Source: Candidatus Saccharimonadales bacterium
GTDB lineage: Bacteria; Patescibacteriota; Saccharimonadia; QS-5-54-17
Assembly (NCBI GenBank): GCA_040903985.1
Contig: JBBDUI010000002.1
Location: 671,469-735,468 of the forward strand
Length of the DNA stretch: 64,000 nucleotides
Reading direction: 5' to 3'
Below, in pieces: positions 19,117 to 28,851 of the stretch; within the stretch, counting starts at the first letter, position 1, and each line of letters starts with the position of its first letter. Below the pieces are notes generated by a model, which did no database searches, was not told the DNA's origin, and saw only the letters and a program-made list of their open reading frames with translations. The position numbers and the translations under genes were made by a program.

Positions 19117-19530
19117 TTGACTGGTGTAGCGATCGGAGTAGCCTATGTCGGTATGTACCTTGGGATTGAACTGGGTGGCGGCGGTGCGGTCCCCCTCCAG
19201 AATACAGCTTGGTTAGCCGTGTCCGCTCAAGGGGCTATCTATGTGGTCGGCTATGCCTTGATCGGGCTTCTACTAGCTGTGCTTTTTCGTAATCTAGTCG
19301 TTCCTTTAGTGATAGTGCTCGTGGTCGGCTCCCCCTTAGAGGCTCTGCTGGCTAATCTTATCTCCAACCTCGAGCCACACTACTTACCGTTTAGCGCTTT
19401 AGGACAGGTGATTATGGTAGAAGGCAGTCTCAGTCCTTGGGTTGCGGCCGGAGTGTTTGCCATCTACTTGGTAGTCGGCTGGTTAATTACATGGTTTACT
19501 TTTCTGCGTCGCGATGCCGCCAGCACCTAG
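19117..19530 (+). CDS. ABC-2 family permease, C-terminal fragment (likely the same gene after a -1 frameshift; possible pseudogene or sequencing error)
   Basis: Its reading frame stays open back to 19084, which overlaps the end of the N-terminal fragment. The combined length of about 250 aa equals a normal ABC-2 permease. It has several TM helices. Confidence 0.5.
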   Translation: MTGVAIGVAYVGMYLGIELGGGGAVPLQNTAWLAVSAQGAIYVVGYALIGLLLAVLFRNLVVPLVIVLVVGSPLEALLANLISNLEPHYLPFSALGQVIMVEGSLSPWVAAGVFAIYLVVGWLITWFTFLRRDAAST

Positions 19531-19695
19531 TTAGGGATGATGGTGATTTGAACTGGGGAGAGCTATCCCGTATATATACTAAGGTATGAGTAAACGCGAG
19601 AAGATTAGAAATACTATTTTGATAATTGTGACGATTATCTTTATCGCCGCCACTGTTTCCCCGGTGTTCCTCTAGAGGTGTGAGGCAAGGGGCGT

Positions 19696-20868
19696 TTAGC
19701 GTGGCAGACAACGTCCGCTAGTCACCAGTTGGCTGGTAGCTGTAACCGACTCCAGAGCAGCACTTATCACTTTCGAGGTCAGGCTGTAGCTGACTTCCGC
19801 TACGCTTTCGGAGCGAGCCACAACTAGGCCAACTACGGTGCCATTCGGTAAAACAACGGGTCCGCCCGAATTACCGGAAATAACCTCTGCCTGCAGCTCA
19901 TACATCGAACGAGTAACGGCGCGCCGACCATAGATATCAAGCCCTCGTGCCTCTATCTGTCTCAAGATACCGGCCGGCGTACCTTTAAGCCGACCGCCAC
20001 CCGGATAGCCTAACACTACGGCCGTCGTGCTGCGGGGTTCAAGTTGGCTGGCAAGCGGGAGTGGTAAACCGGCCAGGCTTAAGGTTCGGACCATGGCAAT
20101 ATCCTGATCAGGGTCGAAGTAAACTATTTCACCTGATCGTGATCCGTTTGCATCGATAATGGTAGGGCTTGTGATACCGGCCACCACGTGGGCGTTAGTT
20201 ACTACTAAATTCTCCTGAGCCACGAAACCAGAGCCAGTGATGATTCCGCCACAGCCTAGCCCTTCGATCCGGACGGTGGAGGCGCCGGCCGTGGCCAAGA
20301 CGGCTTCGACTTCCGCGCTCGTCGACTGATTTACGGGCTCGACTGGGCGCGGCGCTGGACCGATGAATATCCGGGGAAATATCTGCTGATTGATTAGTCC
20401 TCCGATACGAGTCAGTATGGCCGGGGTCGGTGGGAGGGCGCGGTTCAGCTGATGTATGATGGTCGACTGCTGTAGTTGGCGGTTTAAGCCAGTAAATGGT
20501 GAACCACTTAGCAGAGAGGCACCGAGCCAGATCGTAGCGAGGGTTATCACTACGCCGAGCAGCGCACCTAAGCTGGTATCTAACCAACCGAGGCGTAAGC
20601 GATGTGTGAGCTGACCGAGTCTACGCCCCATTAGCTGTCCTAGTGATCCGCCGAGGGAGGCAACTGTAAGTATCACCACTATAGCCAGCGCCATTTGTAC
20701 CCAAGCGCCGGCAACCAATGTCATCAGCACAGGGGCCAGCAGGGTACCGATAACGAAGCCTAGCCAAAATCCGCTAAGAGAGAAAAGACTATGCATGAAA
20801 CCGGCTCGTGCCCACCAGGCCGCCTGGAGTAGCGCTAGGATGATAATGAAGATATCGAGTGAACTCAT
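19696..20868 (-). CDS. CvpA-family membrane domain fused to a trypsin-like (S1) serine protease, with MarP-like architecture
   Basis: The N-terminus has 4 TM helices typical of CvpA. The C-terminus has chymotrypsin-fold motifs (TNAHVV and GNSGGPVV). Confidence 0.75.
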   Translation of the reverse strand: MSSLDIFIIILALLQAAWWARAGFMHSLFSLSGFWLGFVIGTLLAPVLMTLVAGAWVQMALAIVVILTVASLGGSLGQLMGRRLGQLTHRLRLGWLDTSLGALLGVVITLATIWLGASLLSGSPFTGLNRQLQQSTIIHQLNRALPPTPAILTRIGGLINQQIFPRIFIGPAPRPVEPVNQSTSAEVEAVLATAGASTVRIEGLGCGGIITGSGFVAQENLVVTNAHVVAGITSPTIIDANGSRSGEIVYFDPDQDIAMVRTLSLAGLPLPLASQLEPRSTTAVVLGYPGGGRLKGTPAGILRQIEARGLDIYGRRAVTRSMYELQAEVISGNSGGPVVLPNGTVVGLVVARSESVAEVSYSLTSKVISAALESVTATSQLVTSGRCLPR

Positions 20869-20928
20869 ACTTTTATTGTAACGTCGCTAGCGTTGCGACG
20901 ACCAGAGGCATGGTATAGTAATAGCACG

Positions 20929-21591
20929 ATGAAATACTGTGGAAACTGCGGCCAATCCATAACGACCGATAGTAATTTTTGCACAAGCTGTGGCCATAAA
21001 ATAAGCGCAGCGGTCGACGGTGCTCCGACTAGAGCGGTCTTCGACTATACCGATCAGGGTCGGCACTCCCGGATCGTTAAACACACTCCTAATAGCGGCA
21101 GCTTGGTTCAGGACGCCACTATTGAGTTTGGTGATCTACACCCGAATGCGATCTGGCTGTTCTTTATCTACTATATCGGCCATTCGGTCTTCTTATTACC
21201 TTTAATCCTCATCGGTGCGTTCTTCGAGCCTTGGCTAGTCGTTTTACTCGGGGTTTATTTGGTAGTGCACTATGTAGCCGCCCGAATTACTTATAAAAAC
21301 TATCGGTTTGAGATCACCCCGGTAGCCTTTACTAAGGAGTATGGCATCATTCATAAACAAGCGGCAACGATACCACTAGAGCAGATAGAAAACGTTAACA
21401 TCAGTCGTAACTTAATCGATCGGATGCTGGGTCTCTCGCACATTGAAATTGAGACGGCCGGAACCGGGGGAGCTAAGAGCCGAATGATTTTAGGCGGTAC
21501 AACTTCAGCATCAGAGGGCTATATTCCTGGTGTGGCGGCGGCCGAAGCCGATGATTTACGGGATTTGATGCTAGCACGAGCTAAAGGCTAG
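20929..21591 (+). CDS. zinc-ribbon plus bPH_2 (YdbT-like) membrane protein
   Basis: N-terminal zinc ribbon CGNCG...CTSCG, then two TM helices and a DUF304/bPH_2-like C-terminal region. The start was chosen at MKYCGNCG. Confidence 0.6.
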   Translation: MKYCGNCGQSITTDSNFCTSCGHKISAAVDGAPTRAVFDYTDQGRHSRIVKHTPNSGSLVQDATIEFGDLHPNAIWLFFIYYIGHSVFLLPLILIGAFFEPWLVVLLGVYLVVHYVAARITYKNYRFEITPVAFTKEYGIIHKQAATIPLEQIENVNISRNLIDRMLGLSHIEIETAGTGGAKSRMILGGTTSASEGYIPGVAAAEADDLRDLMLARAKG

Positions 21592-21683
21592 CGAAGGCAT
21601 TTAGAAAGGAAGGCCGCCTGCGAGTGAGAGAGGGTTCTGGTGTGTAGGAGTGAGCGTTTCCGGGTGGAGTCGAATTTGCTACA

Positions 21684-22571
21684 ATGGTACTAAACTTATC
21701 GCAGTTATTCATGAAAATCATAAAATTTATTAAAAACAGCTTAGTCCCTAACCTGCAAAACTCATGGCATCCTTATCTAATGCGTACCCCGGCGTTGGTA
21801 ACGGTAGCAGCTAGCTTACTACTGGTTCAAGTGGTAGTAAATATTCAGGAGCACAGCGGCCGTATACTGGGTGCTAACGGCACGATCGAGAGCCAACAGC
21901 TGGTAGATATGACCAATCGCTTGCGATCTGAATCTGGCGTAAGAGAGTTAGAAGTTAACGGAAAGCTACAAGCCGCCGCTCAGGCCAAGGCCGAGGACAT
22001 GCTGGTGCGTGATTACTGGGCTCACTATGCTCCGGATGGTACCTCACCCTGGATGTTCCTGGAGCAGAATGAGTACGGTTATCGTTATGCTGGCGAGAAC
22101 CTAGCCAAACAGTTCAGTACCAGTGAGGGGGTAATTCAGGGTTGGATTCAGAGTCCGGCTCATCGAGACAACCTGCTAGACGATCGCTTTAGCGAGATCG
22201 GTATTGCCACTGCTAGCGGTCGTCTGAATGGCGCTGCTACTACAGTAGTAGTAGCACTTTATGCCGATCCGCAGCCGCTACAGCTGCATGTTGGTGAAGT
22301 TGCAGCGGCACCAGGCGAGGTGCTCCCGGCAGCTACTGCCTACTCGCTTGTGAATCCACTTATGTCGGTGGCTATTCTACCGATTGCAACCCAGCTTACC
22401 GTATTTACGACCTTTGGTTTCTCCACTTTGTATCTCTTTCAGCATCTGGTTATCCGTAAACGGCACTTGCTTTGGGATCAGCATGTGCATCCACGACCAC
22501 TGCTGCGTAGCCTAGTGCTGCTGGGACTAGCGGTGTTAGTTCTTCAGGCCGGATGGGGGGCAGTAGGATGA
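21684..22571 (+). CDS. CAP/SCP (PR-1-like, YkwD-like) domain protein with a C-terminal TM segment
   Basis: It carries the CAP motifs DYWAHYAPDG and GENLA...GWIQSPAHRDNLL. An N-terminal TM helix is present. Confidence 0.75.
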   Translation: MVLNLSQLFMKIIKFIKNSLVPNLQNSWHPYLMRTPALVTVAASLLLVQVVVNIQEHSGRILGANGTIESQQLVDMTNRLRSESGVRELEVNGKLQAAAQAKAEDMLVRDYWAHYAPDGTSPWMFLEQNEYGYRYAGENLAKQFSTSEGVIQGWIQSPAHRDNLLDDRFSEIGIATASGRLNGAATTVVVALYADPQPLQLHVGEVAAAPGEVLPAATAYSLVNPLMSVAILPIATQLTVFTTFGFSTLYLFQHLVIRKRHLLWDQHVHPRPLLRSLVLLGLAVLVLQAGWGAVG

Positions 22572-22813
22572 GTCGGCAGCAGCTTTACTTCGGCTGGTTA
22601 CTAGCCGTTTTAACCCCGGTCTTACTGTGGCTCAGTTGGCGTTATGTGCCATATCCCGGCTCGGCCTTGGCTGGAGTGGTAGTGCTAGGGATCTATTCTG
22701 GATTTATACTGTATGAACACGCCCGGGCACGGAAGCACTTACCGCCAGGAACGGTGAGCGAGCAGTTGGCACTAGCGGCACTGCTGTTGGTTGGGTTTAG
22801 TTTTATCCTCTAA
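22568..22813 (+). CDS. small membrane protein
   Basis: ATGA overlap with the CAP-domain gene stop. Two TM helices. Confidence 0.4.
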   Translation: MSRQQLYFGWLLAVLTPVLLWLSWRYVPYPGSALAGVVVLGIYSGFILYEHARARKHLPPGTVSEQLALAALLLVGFSFIL

Positions 22814-23318
22814 GTTGAGTTGAGAAGTGGTAGAGGGCGATACCGCTCGCGGTAGTGACGTTAAGAGACTCTTTGGCCTCTGTATGCGCAATTTGAATAA
22901 CTTCATCGACTGTCTTTAGCAGATCTGAGTGAATACCATCAACCTCGTTACCAAGGATAAGAGCGGCCGGTAACTCAGGCTGGAAACCGGCTAGATCGCG
23001 AGCTTGAGGCTGCAACTCCAGAGCGTAGATCGCTGCCCCCTTATTCCGGGCAGTGTGTATGGCAGTTGTGATTGCCTCGAAGTGGTGGATATGACACAAC
23101 TTTTCTGCTCCAAGAGCGGTTTTACGGATCTGCTCTGTCGCTCGGCGACTGACGTGGGGTAAACGATGGTCGCTTGTGAGTAGCGGGTAAGGAGTAATGC
23201 CAGTGCAGTAAATTTCTTGAACCCCAAAGGCCACGGCGTTGCGCAGGATGCCGCCGACATTATGGGCACTGCGGATATTGTCCAAGATAAGCGTTAGTTG
23301 TTCCATGATGGGGTTCAT
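22803..23318 (-). CDS. SpoU/TrmH-family RNA 2'-O-methyltransferase (TrmL-like)
   Basis: About 165 aa with SPOUT motifs (NVGGILRN and LILGNEVDGI). Confidence 0.75.
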   Translation of the reverse strand: MNPIMEQLTLILDNIRSAHNVGGILRNAVAFGVQEIYCTGITPYPLLTSDHRLPHVSRRATEQIRKTALGAEKLCHIHHFEAITTAIHTARNKGAAIYALELQPQARDLAGFQPELPAALILGNEVDGIHSDLLKTVDEVIQIAHTEAKESLNVTTASGIALYHFSTQLRG

Positions 23319-23357
23319 TATATAATAAACTTAACCCAGTAAGGTGGGGTAGCCCCA

Positions 23358-23870
23358 ATGGAACAGCGATCACCAGATTTAGGACCAGAGATTACAGCCG
23401 AAGATTATTCTTCGGCTGCTTCATACCTGTATGCCGCGGAATATGGAGTAACAGAGCGGGCAGAGGAGTTGCGACAGGCTTACTCGGATTTGATTAATAT
23501 ACGCAGAGTCAAAGTGCCAGATGATGGCGGTGATACAGTAAAGGAAGAGGTTCTCGGCTTAGTTGATGAGTCGTATTTTGAAACTAATCTACCGGAGAAT
23601 GGACCGAATCTGCACCATATAGTTCGGCGCATCTATAAAAATGGCGAAGATGTGGTAGAACTGGACGAGATTGTACTCTCAAACGGCGATAAGCTTGAAG
23701 CGGTGCTTTACCAGCTGGATAAGGCAACCGTAGCGGCTGAGATCGTCGGTGATAGTGCTAGGGATGAGGCAACGGTGATGCGACTGTGGCGAATTCGCCT
23801 GATGCAGCGGGCGTTAGATACTCTAATTCATGATATGGCAGCTGCAAAGAGTGAGGAAGGCTGCGCTTAA
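23358..23870 (+). CDS. acidic hypothetical protein (170 aa)
   Basis: Intact ORF upstream of rplS; I recognise no domain. Confidence 0.45.
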   Translation: MEQRSPDLGPEITAEDYSSAASYLYAAEYGVTERAEELRQAYSDLINIRRVKVPDDGGDTVKEEVLGLVDESYFETNLPENGPNLHHIVRRIYKNGEDVVELDEIVLSNGDKLEAVLYQLDKATVAAEIVGDSARDEATVMRLWRIRLMQRALDTLIHDMAAAKSEEGCA

Positions 23871-23913
23871 TCCTCTTGATGAGCGCCATTTCTCGTGGTA
23901 AGGTTGTATAGTT

Positions 23914-24330
23914 ATGTCGACATTATTAGAAAATTTTGAGAAGACCTACCAGAAGCCGCAAGTGGCCGATGTACGTTCTGGTGACACGGTACGGGTACAC
24001 CAACGAATCGTTGAGGGCAGTAAAGAACGCGTTCAGGTCTTTGAGGGCGTAGTGATCCGTACTCATCGTAAGAGCTCACTTACCGCTACTATCACGGTGC
24101 GTCGAGTGGCCAGTGGTATCGGGGTAGAGAAGACCTTTCTGACTCATGCACCTAATATCGAGAATATCGAAGTTGTGCGTCGCTCTAAGGTACGCCGTAA
24201 TTATCTGAGCTACCTCCGACGACGCTCTGGTAAATCAGCCCGTTTGCAGGAAGTCGGTTTTGATCGAGCGGCGGCCGAAGTAGATGAGATCGTAGAAGCT
24301 TCCGAGCAGCCCGGCTCGGATAAGAAGTAA
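23914..24330 (+). CDS. rplS: 50S ribosomal protein L19
   Basis: Typical L19 sequence (VRSGDTVRVH...VFEGVVI...RRNYLSYLR). Confidence 0.9.
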   Translation: MSTLLENFEKTYQKPQVADVRSGDTVRVHQRIVEGSKERVQVFEGVVIRTHRKSSLTATITVRRVASGIGVEKTFLTHAPNIENIEVVRRSKVRRNYLSYLRRRSGKSARLQEVGFDRAAAEVDEIVEASEQPGSDKK

Positions 24331-24357
24331 CTTAAGTCTTTAGGCTTAAAATTAAGT

Positions 24358-24381
24358 CCCGACTACTGTCGGGGCTTTTTT
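24358..24381 (+). terminator. rho-independent terminator after rplS
   Basis: The hairpin cccgac-tact-gtcggg is followed by a ctttttt run. Confidence 0.7.
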
Positions 24382-24413
24382 ATAGCTGTATGCGCTTTTG
24401 TTAAAGTATAAGT

Positions 24414-24995
24414 ATGATGGAGAATTTAATAGTCGGAATAGATGAGGCGGGGCGCGGTCCTTGGGCAGGCCCACTGACGGCAGCAGCAGTTTTGCTACCT
24501 GTGGAGTGTGTAATGAACGGAGTCAAAGACTCTAAGCAGTTAACTATAGATGGGCGGAGCAGGTTAGCTGCGGTCATCGCCCGTACTGCTCAGGCAGTCG
24601 GGTTAGGCTGGGCCTCCCCGTCCGAAATCGATCAGCTTGGCCTTCGTATCGCCACCACTTTGGCCATGGGCCGGGCCTACGCCCAGCTAGGTGAGTTGAG
24701 AGCGCGGATTATTATCGACGGCTCGATCAACTATCTGCCGGATATTCCTTTGACTGAGACTTTAGTGCGCGCCGATCAAACGATCCCAGCCGTGAGTGCG
24801 GCTTCGATCATCGCTAAACACTACCGCGATCAGTATATGAAGCATCTAGCTCACCTCTATCCTGAGTACGGTTTTGAGCGGCACGTTGGTTACGGCACAT
24901 CAGCACACGCGCAGGCTTTAGCGCAGTATGGCGCCTGTCTCTTGCACCGTCACTCATTTGCACCGGTGCGCCGAAGAGTAGCAGCGATAGGTTAA
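24414..24995 (+). CDS. rnhB: ribonuclease HII
   Basis: The N-terminus GIDEAGRGPWAGP is the RNase HII catalytic DEAGRG motif. Confidence 0.9.
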   Translation: MMENLIVGIDEAGRGPWAGPLTAAAVLLPVECVMNGVKDSKQLTIDGRSRLAAVIARTAQAVGLGWASPSEIDQLGLRIATTLAMGRAYAQLGELRARIIIDGSINYLPDIPLTETLVRADQTIPAVSAASIIAKHYRDQYMKHLAHLYPEYGFERHVGYGTSAHAQALAQYGACLLHRHSFAPVRRRVAAIG

Positions 24996-24999
24996 AGGT

Positions 25000-25344
25000 A
25001 TGGCTAGTGCGGGGGAGCGAGCCGAGGCTGAAGTTGCAACCTACCTTCAGGAGCGTAGATATAAGATATTAGATCGGAACTGGCGAAATAAGTACAGTGA
25101 GATCGACATCGTAGCCCGTCAGGGACAGCGGATATATATAGTGGAAGTGAAGTACCGCCGCAACTTAGAGTATGGTGATGGCTTCGACTACATTACGACC
25201 GAGAAGAAACGGCGTTTGCGTCGAGCGGCTGCAGCCTGGGCGCTAGATAACGATTGGACTGGGGATATGCAAATAGATGTGGCGGCAGTGACGGGCGCTG
25301 AGTTTAAGATCGACTATCGCGCTAACGTTATCGAGCCGGAATAA
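25000..25344 (+). CDS. YraN-family (UPF0102) endonuclease
   Basis: 114 aa with the motif EIDIVAR...IVEVKYRR. It typically sits next to rnhB. Confidence 0.8.
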   Translation: MASAGERAEAEVATYLQERRYKILDRNWRNKYSEIDIVARQGQRIYIVEVKYRRNLEYGDGFDYITTEKKRRLRRAAAAWALDNDWTGDMQIDVAAVTGAEFKIDYRANVIEPE

Positions 25345-25353
25345 CGGTTTGAT

Positions 25354-27477
25354 TTGCCGATGTCCAGCTGTATAGTAGGAGCTGTTATTTATGCTAGAGA
25401 GGTTACCTTGAAGAATGCATTCCTCGGTCCGGTAGACGAACTGCGTTTCGGACAGTATCGGCCGGAAATGGTAAAAGAGTCTCTGGATGCGACCGAAGCG
25501 GTCGCCTGGAAACGAGTTGAGCAGTTGCTGGCGTTCGAGACAGGCGCACGCACGATCGAGAATACCCTCCTAGCTCTATATCGGGCGGCCGAAGAGTTCA
25601 ATGCAGTCGTCAGTATTTGCTCTCATCATATGAGTGTACTGGGAAAAGAGTGGAACGCTCCGGCTCAGCTAGCCTCCCAACGTGCGGCAGCTTACAGTAA
25701 TGAGATCAGTTTTCACGAGGGTATCTATAAGGCACTGGTAGAGCTTAGGGCACGCCGAAACTATCTAGCCACAGTTTCTGCGCCTCGGCGAAAGCTACTG
25801 GATGAGACGATTCTTGACTACGAACGGAACGGGATAGCTTTAGCGCCGAAAAAGCGGAGCGAGCTAAAATCGATTCGTGCAGCTCTCGATGCGGCTACCA
25901 CTATGTTCGATCAGAACGTCGTCACCGCGACAGACGAGGCCGAGCTACGGGTAGAGACTAAGCAGGACCTGGCCGGTCTGGATGAGGAGTTTATCATTGA
26001 GTGCGCCCAGGCAGCTAGCGGCGAGGATAAAGCGAGCTACCGGATCGATTTTAATCCGCCTAATTACATCAAAGTTATGTCCGAGTGTCAGGTGCGTGCT
26101 ACCCGACAACGGATGTATCATCTATCGATTCAGCGCGCAGCGGAGTTAAACAGAGATCTAGCTAAAGAGATCTTAACTTTGCGCCGTCGCCAAGCCCAGC
26201 TGCTCGGCTATAAGCACTATGCCGATTTTGTCCTCGAAGAACGCATGGCCGACAAGGGCGTAGTAGCGTGGCGATTTATCACTGAGCTAGCGCAAAAGTA
26301 TCGCCGCCAGGCTGGGGCGGAATTTGCCGCGCTGCAGCGTTTCGCCCGCGACGATGAGGCTAATCCAGAGCTGGTACTGGACGCGGCAGATATCGATACC
26401 GGACTGAATTTCTACTATGCCCTCCGCCTCCAGAAGCAGAACTCAGGGTTGGATCAAGGCACCATTAAACAGCATTTTCCCTTGGCGGCAGTGCGGGACT
26501 ATATGTTTGCGACCCTTACTACTCTATATGGGTTAAGGTTTTCACTCGGTGATCAGTCGACTTGGCATGAGGACGTTGAGGTATATGAAATCAGTCGGGC
26601 CGACGGAAGTCATATAGCGACCGTTTGGTGCGACTGGTACGCCCGCAAAGGTAAAAAAAGCGGCGCTTGGATGAATAGCTACTATGTGGCTGACCGGGCT
26701 GGAGGGGTAGTTAGTAAGCCGCATTTAGGTTATGTAGTCACTAACTTCGACCCGCCCCGAGGAGCTAAACCGAGCCTGCTGTCACTGCAGGATGTCGAGA
26801 CGCTGTGGCACGAGTTCGGGCACTTTATCCATCTTGCGACCGGCGAGACAGAGCTGGAAGAGCAGTCGATGATGAGCTGTAAGTGGGATTTCGTCGAGGC
26901 ACCGTCGCAGATTATGGAGAACTGGGTGTGGCAGCCGGAGATTTTAGCCGGTATGTCGCGACACTACCTTACCGGCAAGCGACTATCAGACCGGCAGGTA
27001 GATACGTTGATTAGGGACAAAAACTTTATGGTGGCCTCTAAGGCGATGCGGCAGTTTGGTCTCGCCACAGTCGATTTATCCCTACATATCGATTTCGATC
27101 CTATGAAGGACGAGGATGTATTAGCCTACGCTCGGTCGGTTAAGGCTAACTTCTTGCCAGTAGAGGTCTACGCTGAAGATAGTTCGATCACCACCTTCTC
27201 CCATATCTTTGCCGGCGGTTATGCCGCCGCCTACTATTCATACAAGTGGGCCGAAGCGATCGAGGCCGATCTCTTTTCTCGGTTTAAGGAGGAGGGAGTA
27301 CTCAACCCACAGACCGGTACCGACTATAGGCGTCTGGTCTTGGCCCGGGGCGACGAGGTAAACCCTCAAATATTGATTAAAGATTTCCTGGGCCGTAGCA
27401 GTAGTAGTGCCGCTATGCTAGAGCGTGATGGTATAGGAGTATCTACGGGCACCTCGAGTGATGAGGCGGTGGATTGA
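25354..27477 (+). CDS. M3-family zinc oligoendopeptidase
   Basis: 707 aa with an HEFGH zinc motif (LWHEFGHFIHL) and a downstream Glu ligand region. Confidence 0.8.
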   Translation: MPMSSCIVGAVIYAREVTLKNAFLGPVDELRFGQYRPEMVKESLDATEAVAWKRVEQLLAFETGARTIENTLLALYRAAEEFNAVVSICSHHMSVLGKEWNAPAQLASQRAAAYSNEISFHEGIYKALVELRARRNYLATVSAPRRKLLDETILDYERNGIALAPKKRSELKSIRAALDAATTMFDQNVVTATDEAELRVETKQDLAGLDEEFIIECAQAASGEDKASYRIDFNPPNYIKVMSECQVRATRQRMYHLSIQRAAELNRDLAKEILTLRRRQAQLLGYKHYADFVLEERMADKGVVAWRFITELAQKYRRQAGAEFAALQRFARDDEANPELVLDAADIDTGLNFYYALRLQKQNSGLDQGTIKQHFPLAAVRDYMFATLTTLYGLRFSLGDQSTWHEDVEVYEISRADGSHIATVWCDWYARKGKKSGAWMNSYYVADRAGGVVSKPHLGYVVTNFDPPRGAKPSLLSLQDVETLWHEFGHFIHLATGETELEEQSMMSCKWDFVEAPSQIMENWVWQPEILAGMSRHYLTGKRLSDRQVDTLIRDKNFMVASKAMRQFGLATVDLSLHIDFDPMKDEDVLAYARSVKANFLPVEVYAEDSSITTFSHIFAGGYAAAYYSYKWAEAIEADLFSRFKEEGVLNPQTGTDYRRLVLARGDEVNPQILIKDFLGRSSSSAAMLERDGIGVSTGTSSDEAVD

Positions 27478-27582
27478 TCGACGTCCTTTTGACTTCTGCG
27501 TTAGATAGCCTACAATAGTAAGTGATAAAAGTCGGCCTCCCGGGTCGGCTTCTTTACTTGATAACCCCAAAGGAGACCTAGA

Positions 27583-28824
27583 ATGGACGGAACGATGGAC
27601 ACCAAACAATTTATTATGACGATGAAACAGATCGCCGAGGAGAAGAATCTGCCTTATGAGGTAGTTGAGGATGCTCTGCAGCAAGCGATTGCGGCGGCTT
27701 ATCGTAAGGATTATGGCGAGCGGGAACAGAACGTGCGAGCCGAGCTAAACGCTAAGACCGGTGAGTTCACTATTTTCATCGTCTATGACGTAGTCGATGA
27801 GGTAGAGGATGAGTACACTCAGCTTGATCTAAAAAGCGCTCAGCAGAAAGACAAAATGGCCGAGGTCGGAGGCGTGGTTGAGGAGCAGGTTAGCTACGAC
27901 GGCTTCGGTCGGGTAGCCGCTCAGACCGCCAAGCAAGTTATCCTACAGAAACTGCGGGAAGCTGAGCGCGACGTTGTGTTCGCTGAATACCAGGACAAAG
28001 TCGGGACCATCCTAAACGGTACCGTACAGCGGGTCGAGCCGCGGGTGGTCTATATTGATGTCGGTAAGGCCCAGGGTATCCTACCCCAATCAGAACAGAT
28101 TCAGGGTGAGCATTATCGTGCTACTCAGCGTCTCAAAGTCTACCTTCGTGAAGTAGAGAGTTCACCCCGCGGACCGCAGTTGATTCTCTCCCGGGCTACG
28201 CCAGATTTCGTCGCGTTGCTCTTTGCCCGAGAGGTGCCGGAAATGGAGAGCGGTGCGGTTGAGATTCGGGCAATTGCTCGTGAGGCCGGCGTGCGCACTA
28301 AGCTAGCGGTTGCCTCTACTGTGCCGAATGTCGATCCGGTCGGTACCTTTGTTGGTGGTCACGGTACCCGAGTGCAAGCCGTCATGAATGAAGTTGGTGA
28401 GGAAAAGATCGACATCATCATGTTTGCTGAAGACACCGCTACTTTCATCACTAATGCACTGGCGCCGACTCAGATTAAAAACGTCAAGCTAGATGAAGCC
28501 GAGCAACGTGCTATCGTCGAAGTGGCCGAAGACCAGCTCTCAATTGCGATCGGTAGAGCCGGTCAGAACGTTCGCTTAGCTTCAAAATTGACCGGCTGGC
28601 AGATCGACATCATTAGTGAAGGTGGAGAACTGCGTACGCAATCTAAACCGGCTGAGCCAATAGTTAAGCCGGAGCTAGATGCGACCGCTGCTACTAAGAA
28701 GCCGGCCAAATCGGTACCAGAGAAGACACCGGAACGGAAGAAGAAATACGTCACTAAGGCCCAGCTGGAAGCTTCATTACTGGAGTCACTCAGCAACGGC
28801 AGCGATGCCTCCGAGGAAGAGTAA
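27583..28824 (+). CDS. nusA: transcription termination/antitermination factor NusA
   Basis: N-terminal NusA domain, S1 and KH regions (GGHGTRVQAV). An AAGGAG RBS is present. Confidence 0.9.
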   Translation: MDGTMDTKQFIMTMKQIAEEKNLPYEVVEDALQQAIAAAYRKDYGEREQNVRAELNAKTGEFTIFIVYDVVDEVEDEYTQLDLKSAQQKDKMAEVGGVVEEQVSYDGFGRVAAQTAKQVILQKLREAERDVVFAEYQDKVGTILNGTVQRVEPRVVYIDVGKAQGILPQSEQIQGEHYRATQRLKVYLREVESSPRGPQLILSRATPDFVALLFAREVPEMESGAVEIRAIAREAGVRTKLAVASTVPNVDPVGTFVGGHGTRVQAVMNEVGEEKIDIIMFAEDTATFITNALAPTQIKNVKLDEAEQRAIVEVAEDQLSIAIGRAGQNVRLASKLTGWQIDIISEGGELRTQSKPAEPIVKPELDATAATKKPAKSVPEKTPERKKKYVTKAQLEASLLESLSNGSDASEEE

Positions 28825-28851
28825 ATACGGAGCCGAGGCTGCTCACCTTAA

